Virus record (IMG/VR): IMGVR_UViG_3300017716_002595
Span: 41,693 to 105,692 of that record
From: a virus
Length of the DNA stretch: 64,000 nt
Direction: 5' to 3' (one strand)
How positions within the stretch are numbered: position 1 is the first letter of the stretch; each line of letters opens with the position of its first letter. The notes below the pieces were generated by a model. It was not told the origin of the DNA. It did not search any database and was given only the letters and a program-made list of their open reading frames with translations. This document shows, in pieces, positions 59,046-64,000 of this stretch. The translations under genes and the position numbers were made by a program.

Positions 59046-59084
59046 AAGACTCGGATCAAAATAAAAGATTCGAGTCTTTTTTTT
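59046..59084 (+). terminator. Intrinsic terminator
   Basis: AAGACTCGGATC/GATTCGAGTCTT stem followed by a T run. Confidence 0.8.
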
Positions 59085-59092
59085 AAAATAAA

Positions 59093-59153
59093 TTTGATTA
59101 CCTAAGACAGTAATCGTAATTTTACAAAAGAGTTCATTGACATATTGGATAAA
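59093..59153 (+). promoter_or_regulatory. tRNA-array promoter with rrn-type boxA-like leader
   Basis: TTTGA-N19-TAATTTTA, then AGTTCATTGACATATTG. Confidence 0.6.
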
Positions 59154-59161
59154 GTTAAAAG

Positions 59162-59245
59162 GGAAGACATCCGGCTGGATCAGGAGCGACTCTTGAAAAG
59201 TCGTAGCAGGTAACACTGTTGTGGGTTCGAGTCCCACGTCTTCCT
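59162..59245 (+). tRNA. tRNA-Ser(TGA)
   Basis: CGACT-CT TGA AA-AGTCG, long variable arm. Confidence 0.9.
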
Positions 59246-59251
59246 CAATAT

Positions 59252-59323
59252 TGGCTTATAGTGTAACGGTTAGCACAAAACACTTTGACTGTTTTAGTCT
59301 AGGTTCGAATCCTAGTAAGCCAA
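59252..59323 (+). tRNA. tRNA-Gln(TTG)
   Basis: AAACA-CT TTG AC-TGTTT. Confidence 0.9.
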
Positions 59324-59332
59324 CAATAATTT

Positions 59333-59408
59333 CTGGTAGTAGAGGAGTTCGGTTTATCTCGCTCGCCTTGGACGCGAGAGCACGCAAGTTCGAATCTTGC
59401 CTACCAGA
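59333..59408 (+). tRNA. tRNA-Pro(TGG)
   Basis: CTCGC-CT TGG AC-GCGAG. Confidence 0.9.
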
Positions 59409-59414
59409 CAAATT

Positions 59415-59486
59415 GCCCCTATAACTTAACGGCTAAAGTACTATACTTTTAATATAGGAATCCAAGTTCGATTCTTGGTGGGGGTA
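59415..59486 (+). tRNA. tRNA-Lys(TTT)
   Basis: CTATA-CT TTT AA-TATAG. Confidence 0.9.
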
Positions 59487-59494
59487 CAAAAATT

Positions 59495-59565
59495 GCCTCG
59501 TTGGCGTAATGGAAGCGTATTTCTTTTACATGGAAATGGCAGTAGTTCGATTCTACTACGAGGTA
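59495..59565 (+). tRNA. tRNA-Val(TAC)
   Basis: TTTCT-TT TAC AT-GGAAA. Confidence 0.85.
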
Positions 59566-59570
59566 CAAAA

Positions 59571-59651
59571 GGGATGCTTCAGTCACTGGTGTGATAAGCG
59601 GTCTGTAAAATCGTTCTGTAAGAAGGTGTGGTTCGATTCCACAGTGTCCCA
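59571..59651 (+). tRNA. tRNA-Tyr(GTA)
   Basis: GCGGT-CT GTA AA-ATCGT. Confidence 0.85.
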
Positions 59652-59656
59652 CAATT

Positions 59657-59729
59657 GGACCTTTGGTATAGCTGGTGCGTACGCTAGTCTGAAGAACTAG
59701 AGGAGTAGGTTCGATTCCTACAGGGTCCA
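59657..59729 (+). tRNA. tRNA-Phe(GAA)
   Basis: CTAGT-CT GAA GA-ACTAG. Confidence 0.9.
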
Positions 59730-59734
59730 CAATC

Positions 59735-59806
59735 GGGTTTGTCGTATAAAGGCTATTACGGAGAGCTGTTAACTCTTTTATGAAGGTTCGACTCCTTCCA
59801 AGCCCG
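59735..59806 (+). tRNA. tRNA-Asn(GTT)
   Basis: GAGAG-CT GTT AA-CTCTT. Confidence 0.9.
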
Positions 59807-59813
59807 CAAAATT

Positions 59814-59885
59814 GCTCCTATAGTAGAATGGTTAGCACACATCTCTGATAAGGATGAAATGGAAGTTCAATTCTTCCTAGGAGTA
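59814..59885 (+). tRNA. tRNA-Ile(GAT)
   Basis: CATCT-CT GAT AA-GGATG. Confidence 0.88.
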
Positions 59886-59891
59886 CAAAAT

Positions 59892-59976
59892 GGAAAGTAA
59901 ATCAACATGGTGTTGAGTCCGCCTGCTAAGCGAGGCGTTCGGGTAACTGGATTCAGTTCGATTCTGATTCTTTCCT
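59892..59976 (+). tRNA. tRNA-Ser(GCT)
   Basis: CGC-CT GCT AA-GCG, long variable arm. Confidence 0.8.
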
Positions 59977-59981
59977 CAAAT

Positions 59982-60051
59982 ACCGACTTGATCAGGTGAT
60001 CGAAAATATCTCATAAGTATTTTCAGAGTGGATCGTTACCACTAGTCGGTA
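59982..60051 (+). tRNA. tRNA-Met(CAT), atypical T loop
   Basis: AATAT-CT CAT AA-GTATT; T loop ATCGTTA. Confidence 0.75.
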
Positions 60052-60054
60052 CAA

Positions 60055-60161
60055 AATTATACGGGTAGGTAGGAAGTTAAGAAACGTTACTCAAAAAACG
60101 ACTTAACGAGGTAAAGCGTTAGAATAGTAAAATTGAGTAAGCGTTATTAAAGTAGTATAAT
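60055..60161 (+). ncRNA. Putative rod-like structured RNA in tRNA spacer
   Basis: Nested pairings AATTATAC/GTATAATT, TTACTCAA/TTGAGTAA, TAACG/CGTTA. Confidence 0.45.
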
Positions 60162-60167
60162 TTATAT

Positions 60168-60240
60168 GGTGTTTCTAGCTTATTGGTAAAGCGCTTGACT
60201 GTGAATCAGGAGAACAGGGTTCGATACCCGGTAACACCCA
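60168..60240 (+). tRNA. tRNA-His(GTG)
   Basis: CTTGA-CT GTG AA-TCAGG; G-1:C73. Confidence 0.88.
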
Positions 60241-60244
60241 AAAT

Positions 60245-60324
60245 GCCCCTGTGGTGAAAATGGTAAACACACCAGGCTTAAAACTTGGCGCTCAGGCTTG
60301 CTGGTTCGACTCCAGTCAGGGGTA
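60245..60324 (+). tRNA. tRNA-Leu(TAA)
   Basis: CCAGG-CT TAA AA-CTTGG. Confidence 0.9.
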
Positions 60325-60338
60325 CAAAAATATATGTT

Positions 60339-60524
60339 ATGACTATTGAATACTTAAAAGAACACGGAAAGGATGTTTGTGGTGTATGTGAGCCAGCTAA
60401 TATTGGTGGAAAATACGTAAATCAAACTGTTGATGGTTTAAGACTTTGGAAATGTGAAGGTAGATATTATTGGGTTGAATCCGATAATGTTTCAATAGTT
60501 TATGATACTTTATTAGATGGTTAA
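60339..60524 (+). CDS. Hypothetical protein (61 aa) inside the tRNA array
   Basis: ATG 60339 downstream of tRNA-Leu. Confidence 0.6.
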   Translation: MTIEYLKEHGKDVCGVCEPANIGGKYVNQTVDGLRLWKCEGRYYWVESDNVSIVYDTLLDG

Positions 60525-60540
60525 AAGGTGTCCTGCATCT

Positions 60541-60612
60541 GGTCTTATAGTTTAATTGGAAAAACTTATCGCTACGAACGATAGAACAAAGGTTCGACTC
60601 CTTTTAAGACCT
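60541..60612 (+). tRNA. tRNA-Arg(ACG)
   Basis: TATCG-CT ACG AA-CGATA. Confidence 0.9.
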
Positions 60613-60617
60613 CAACC

Positions 60618-60689
60618 GCCCTATTAGTTAAACGGATATAACAAATCTCTTCTAAAGATTAATTCTAGGTTCGATTCCTGGATGGGGTA
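60618..60689 (+). tRNA. tRNA-Arg(TCT)
   Basis: AATCT-CT TCT AA-AGATT. Confidence 0.9.
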
Positions 60690-60696
60690 CAAAAAA

Positions 60697-60772
60697 ATCG
60701 CTGATGTCCTCATAAGTTCGACATTAAAGGTATGTAATGATATCAATACCCGTAGGTTAAGCGATATCCTAC
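60697..60772 (+). ncRNA. Putative pseudoknotted RNA in tRNA spacer
   Basis: ATCGCT/AGCGAT crossing GTAGG/CCTAC, enclosing two hairpins. Confidence 0.45.
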
Positions 60773-60776
60773 AAAT

Positions 60777-60845
60777 GCGTCACAGGCTAAGGTAGCCAAA
60801 TGGATTCCAACCCCATAGGACAGAGTTCGATTCTTTGGTGGCGCG
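60777..60845 (+). tRNA. tRNA-Trp(CCA)
   Basis: ATGGA-TT CCA AC-CCCAT. Confidence 0.85.
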
Positions 60846-60877
60846 CAAATATATTGTTTCATTAAAAAAAGTAAATC

Positions 60878-61384
60878 ATGAGTAAGTATCAAAAAACACT
60901 AGTAGTGGATTCAAGCTTTATCGCGAGATCAGTTATAAGCGCAGAAAGGGCATTTGTGATTTCTTACAAAGGTAATGCTGAAATAATAGCTGAACACCCA
61001 GAAACATTTGGGTTAGTAAATCCTAAATTAGAAATTTATAAACCTTCTATTATTAGAGTGTTTACATATGTTAAACAACATATTCATAAAGTGCCTCTAA
61101 CAAGAGAAAATATTTACAAAAGAGATAATTATGAATGTGTTTACTGCGGATGTTCAAATCAAAGAATATTGACATTGGATCACGTAGTTCCCCAATCAAA
61201 AGGAGGAAAAGATTCATGGGATAATTTAGTAACAGCTTGTAGACCTTGCAACCATGAAAAAGCAGATTTAACACTAGAAGAATATGGAAAAGACATCCCA
61301 GAACCTAAACGACCACATTATTTAATGTTACTAAGACAGGTTCAAGATATTCCAAAAGAATGGGAATCATTTTTATTCTTTTAG
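60878..61384 (+). CDS. HNH endonuclease (McrA-like)
   Basis: TRENIYKRD.YECVYCG, TLDHVVPQSKGG.DSWDNLVTAC.PCN.EK. Confidence 0.92.
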   Translation: MSKYQKTLVVDSSFIARSVISAERAFVISYKGNAEIIAEHPETFGLVNPKLEIYKPSIIRVFTYVKQHIHKVPLTRENIYKRDNYECVYCGCSNQRILTLDHVVPQSKGGKDSWDNLVTACRPCNHEKADLTLEEYGKDIPEPKRPHYLMLLRQVQDIPKEWESFLFF

Positions 61385-61415
61385 TTGGAAAACCAAAAAT
61401 AATTTCTTATATTTA
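61384..61415 (+). promoter_or_regulatory. Internal sigma70 promoter in the tRNA array
   Basis: GTTGG-N19-TATATTTA. Confidence 0.65.
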
Positions 61416-61430
61416 GGTATAAGAAAATAA

Positions 61431-61500
61431 GGGCAGGATGGTCTTGGAGGCCGGCTGGATTGCAAACTCAGCGGAGTAAGTTCGATTCTTACCTTGCCCT
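61431..61500 (+). tRNA. tRNA-Cys(GCA)
   Basis: TT GCA AA loop, U73. Confidence 0.82.
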
Positions 61501-61508
61501 CAATAATA

Positions 61509-61582
61509 GCCCGAGTGGTGGAATTGGCAGACACGGCGGCCTTAGAAGTCGTAAACTGAGAGTTCGAGTCTCTCCTTGGGTA
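61509..61582 (+). tRNA. tRNA-Leu(TAG) lacking the long variable arm
   Basis: GCGGC-CT TAG AA-GTCGT; variable region AAACT. Confidence 0.85.
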
Positions 61583-61586
61583 CAAA

Positions 61587-61653
61587 TTAGAGTTAGCTTA
61601 TAGTAAAGCAGCAGGGGCTAACCTGCAGAACGGATACGAAAACCGGCTCTAAT
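61587..61653 (+). ncRNA. Aberrant tRNA-like RNA with 6-nt loop GGCTAA
   Basis: Acceptor TTAGAGT/GCTCTAA, D stem GCTT/AAGC, GCAGG/CCTGC stem, T loop TACGAAA. Confidence 0.65.
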
Positions 61654-61658
61654 TATTT

Positions 61659-61732
61659 GCTCCCGACGCACAAATGGTGGTGCACCGGATTTGTAACCCG
61701 GAATAGAGCCAGTTCGATCCTGGCCGGGAGCT
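61659..61732 (+). tRNA. tRNA-Thr(TGT)
   Basis: CCGGA-TT TGT AA-CCCGG. Confidence 0.88.
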
Positions 61733-61736
61733 CAGC

Positions 61737-61883
61737 AGTCATTTGAATTAGCACTAGGACAATGACTATCAACGGAGGAAGCTAATCTCACGGTTGATCC
61801 TGTAGGTTGCGACTGGTACGCATAAAGAAACTCCTACCAGGTAAAGTAGGTGTATGGCACTTTTCAATAGCCTAAGCTTTACC
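61737..61883 (+). ncRNA. Putative multi-hairpin RNA with kissing loop
   Basis: AGTCATT/AATGACT, ATCAAC/GTTGAT, loop-loop ATTAGC/GCTAAT, GTAGG/CCTAC, GGTAAAG/CTTTACC. Confidence 0.55.
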
Positions 61884-61888
61884 AAACT

Positions 61889-61960
61889 GCGACTATCGTA
61901 TAATGGTCATTACTTTAGACTTCCAATCTAAAGATGAGAGTTCGATTCTCTCTAGTCGCT
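61889..61960 (+). tRNA. tRNA-Gly(TCC)
   Basis: TTAGA-CT TCC AA-TCTAA. Confidence 0.9.
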
Positions 61961-62011
61961 CAAGGGTGTGTGGGAACCCAAGAATATGTGATGAACATAT
62001 ACCCACAATCT

Positions 62012-62083
62012 GCTGCGTTAGTGAAGGGGTTAACACGTATCACTTTCTATGATAAGGCACGGGTTCGAATCCCGTACGCAGTA
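62012..62083 (+). tRNA. tRNA-Glu(TTC)
   Basis: TATCA-CT TTC TA-TGATA. Confidence 0.88.
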
Positions 62084-62089
62084 CAATAA

Positions 62090-62162
62090 GGGGTCATAGC
62101 TCAACTGGCTGAGCGCTATCCTTGCACGGTAGAGGATGTGGGTTCGAATCCCATTGGTTCCA
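62090..62162 (+). tRNA. tRNA-Ala(TGC)
   Basis: CTATC-CT TGC AC-GGTAG; G3:U70. Confidence 0.9.
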
Positions 62163-62216
62163 CAATAGCTTAATCGACTTTGACAGATTTGACAACTTGG
62201 AATAGACAAGTAATTT

Positions 62217-62290
62217 GGTCTGTCAGTCCAGTTGGAGTGGACGCCTGCCTGTCACGTAGGAGATCACGGGTTCGAGTCCCGTACGGACCG
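62217..62290 (+). tRNA. tRNA-Asp(GTC)
   Basis: CCTGC-CT GTC AC-GTAGG. Confidence 0.9.
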
Positions 62291-62299
62291 CTTATAAAC

Positions 62300-62369
62300 T
62301 GCGTTAAGGTGTAAAGGTTGCATCCTGGTCTCATAAGCCAGGGGGGTGGTTCGAGTCCACGCTACGCTA
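62300..62369 (+). tRNA. tRNA-Met(CAT), initiator-like, imperfect acceptor stem
   Basis: CTGGT-CT CAT AA-GCCAG; 1:72 mismatch. Confidence 0.7.
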
Positions 62370-62374
62370 CAAAG

Positions 62375-62473
62375 GACTAAATGGCGGTGTCAGGCACCCA
62401 CTGCAGAGGGTACAAAGAAGAACCTGCTTTATATGCCTGCGAGATATCATCTCGCCGGATAACACATTTAGTC
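62375..62473 (+). ncRNA. Putative multi-stem RNA in tRNA spacer
   Basis: GACTAAATG/CATTTAGTC closing CAGGCA/TGCCTG, GCAG/CTGC and CGAGAT/ATCTCG. Confidence 0.55.
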
Positions 62474-62478
62474 TATTT

Positions 62479-62552
62479 GTCCTTTTAGCTTAGTTGGTTA
62501 GAGCAGCTCGCTCATAACGAGAAGGTCACAGGTTCGAGTCCTGTATAGGACA
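62479..62552 (+). tRNA. tRNA(CAT), probably Ile2 (lysidine type)
   Basis: TAGCTTAGTTGGTTAGAGCAG...CT CAT AA, resembles bacterial ileX. Confidence 0.8.
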
Positions 62553-62576
62553 CAAAATTTTATCCAATATTTTAGT

Positions 62577-62615
62577 AAAAAGACTTGTATACGCAGGTCT
62601 TTTTTTATATCTTTA
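62577..62615 (+). terminator. Terminator of the tRNA array, overlapping the next promoter
   Basis: AAAAAGACTTG/CAGGTCTTTTT stem followed by a T run; CTTGT-N19-TATCTTTA. Confidence 0.75.
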
Positions 62616-62633
62616 TACATTAAATAAAAAGTT

Positions 62634-63284
62634 ATGAAACTAGTATTAGAAAAAGGACAACAATTGTTCTTTACATCAGACACACATTACTCACACTCAA
62701 ACATTTGTAGTGCTACTACAAACTGGTCAGTGAATGATGGATATGCTCGTAAATTTGATTCATTAGAAGATATGAACCAAAGACTAGTTGATAACATTAA
62801 CAACATGGTCGGTGAAGATGATATCTTAATACATTTAGGTGACTGGTCATTTGGAGGGTTTGATAAGATTGAAGAATTCAGAAGTCAAATCAACTGTAAA
62901 AACATTCACTTGACATTTGGAAACCATGATCACCACATTGAAAGAAACAAGGAAGGAGTACAGAGACTATTTTCTTCAGTACAACATTACTTAGAACTAG
63001 AAGTTGTAAGACCACTTACTAAGTCAATGAATGAAAAGTTTAAATTCGTTTGTATGCACTATCCAATTGCGTCATGGCATGATATGAACCAAGGAGTAAT
63101 TCACTTACATGGTCACGTTCATTTACCTTCACACTTACGAATAGCAGAGGGTAAAGCAATGGATGTAGGAGTAGATGGAAATGGTTTAGATCCAATTTCA
63201 TTAGACGAGATACTTTCAATTATGAAAGATAGAGAAGTTAAAAAATTAGCCTTACCAAAGGATCACCACGAAAAAAGAATATAA
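62634..63284 (+). CDS. Calcineurin-like metallophosphoesterase
   Basis: FTSDTH, HLGD, GNHD, MHYP, HLHGHVH, DVGVD. Confidence 0.9.
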   Translation: MKLVLEKGQQLFFTSDTHYSHSNICSATTNWSVNDGYARKFDSLEDMNQRLVDNINNMVGEDDILIHLGDWSFGGFDKIEEFRSQINCKNIHLTFGNHDHHIERNKEGVQRLFSSVQHYLELEVVRPLTKSMNEKFKFVCMHYPIASWHDMNQGVIHLHGHVHLPSHLRIAEGKAMDVGVDGNGLDPISLDEILSIMKDREVKKLALPKDHHEKRI

Positions 63285-63285
63285 T

Positions 63286-63504
63286 ATGAACATAATATTT
63301 TCATACACTCCATCCAAGGTAAAAGAACCTAAATGGTATAAATTTTATAATACTGAAGAGTTTAACATAACTACTCAGAGAGATTATACAGTAAGAGCAG
63401 CAGCAAGTCTGGATTTAATACCAGAACCTAAATGTTTTAGTCTAGAATTTTTAAGTAAACATGGAGATCATAGTAATGTAATGTTAAAAAAGAAATTAAA
63501 ATGA
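63286..63504 (+). CDS. Hypothetical protein
   Basis: 72-aa ORF, coupled to neighbours. Confidence 0.6.
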   Translation: MNIIFSYTPSKVKEPKWYKFYNTEEFNITTQRDYTVRAAASLDLIPEPKCFSLEFLSKHGDHSNVMLKKKLK

Positions 63505-63644
63505 AAGAGTTATTATGTTATTTAGGGTTTCATAAATGGACTAAATGGGAATTTACATATAATGGATATAAAATTTTGAAAATACCTCATCAAAGAAGAG
63601 AATGTAAAATATGTGGTAAAATCAAAATAAAGCAAATAATATGA
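63501..63644 (+). CDS. Small zinc-finger-like phage protein (DUF1660-like, 47 aa)
   Basis: LLCYLGFHKW...RRECKICGK. Confidence 0.65.
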   Translation: MKELLCYLGFHKWTKWEFTYNGYKILKIPHQRRECKICGKIKIKQII

Positions 63645-64000
63645 AAGAGTTATTTTTATTAAGAGGATTACCTGGAGCAGGTAAAACAACATTAGCAAAT
63701 TCAATAGGAGGATCATGGTTTGAAGCAGATCATTTCTTTCTTAACGAGAAAGGTGAATATGAATTTAATCCTTCAAATTTAAAAGCAGCCCATAAATGGT
63801 GTAGACTAGTAGTTGAAGAATCAATGTCAAAATGGAATGGAATAAACCCAGATGAAAAGATTATAGTATCAAATACATTTACTCAGGAATGGGAAATGCA
63901 ACCATACTATGATCTAGCAGAAAAATACGGATACAGAGTTTATTCTTTGATTGTAGAAAATAGACATGGAGGAGTAAACGAGCATGGAGTACCAGAAGAA
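63641..64000 (+). CDS. P-loop kinase (AAA_33 / polynucleotide-kinase-like), 3'-truncated
   Basis: LRGLPGAGKTT, EADHFF, AHKWC, VSNTFT.EWE, N.HGVP. Confidence 0.85.
   Translation, partial: MKELFLLRGLPGAGKTTLANSIGGSWFEADHFFLNEKGEYEFNPSNLKAAHKWCRLVVEESMSKWNGINPDEKIIVSNTFTQEWEMQPYYDLAEKYGYRVYSLIVENRHGGVNEHGVPEE

Noticed and set aside
60697-60772. Hammerhead or HDV/theta ribozyme identity for the spacer RNA
   Set aside because: It has CTGATGT rather than CTGATGA and no GAAA core, and it lacks the P3/L3/P1.1 elements. Kept only as an unknown structured RNA.
61964-62007. Small hairpin between tRNA-Gly and tRNA-Glu
   Set aside because: It is too short and simple to distinguish from an ordinary processing spacer.
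59022-62683. ORFs overlapping the tRNA array (59022, 59221, 59449, 59509, 61373, 62498, and the 5' extension 60285-60338)
   Set aside because: They are translations of tRNA genes.
1-64000. Stop-codon reassignment (TAG), suggested by the CUA-containing tRNA-like genes
   Set aside because: Genes are intact and densely packed under the standard code, and the TAG stops examined are followed by further stops within a few codons.

Overview
AT-rich 64-kb segment of a large lytic dsDNA phage, with essentially all genes on the + strand. The host is very likely a member of Bacteroidota (Flavobacteriia-like): promoters follow the TTTG-N20-TAnnTTT pattern, genes lack Shine-Dalgarno sites, and the window holds a T9SS sorting domain, DUF4494 and an rrn-type boxA. 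Gene order: tail/baseplate protein with a lytic transglycosylase domain; a replication block (divergent PolA-like protein, SSB, RecA, 5'-3' exonuclease, helicase, RNR); a split 7-deazaguanine pathway (queD, DpdA/TGT-like gene and queC, then queE, folE, PRTase and MazG-like gene); an unusual secreted-protein operon (cohesin and dockerin-like proteins, T9SS cargo, CsgG-like protein, OM beta-barrel); a lysis module; two glycosylation islands; PolB, clamp, Hsp20, GroES/EL and clamp loader; and a 3.4-kb tRNA array of 25 tRNAs covering all 20 amino acids. The array is interleaved with several unexplained structured RNAs and an HNH gene. Most notable: the phage-encoded cohesin-dockerin/T9SS/CsgG surface-assembly operon; perfect long-range inverted repeats bracketing three transcription units; two aberrant tRNA-like genes with CUA in 6-nt loops; and a non-canonical deazaguanine system. 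All calls are by-eye motif recognition, and no database searches were run.
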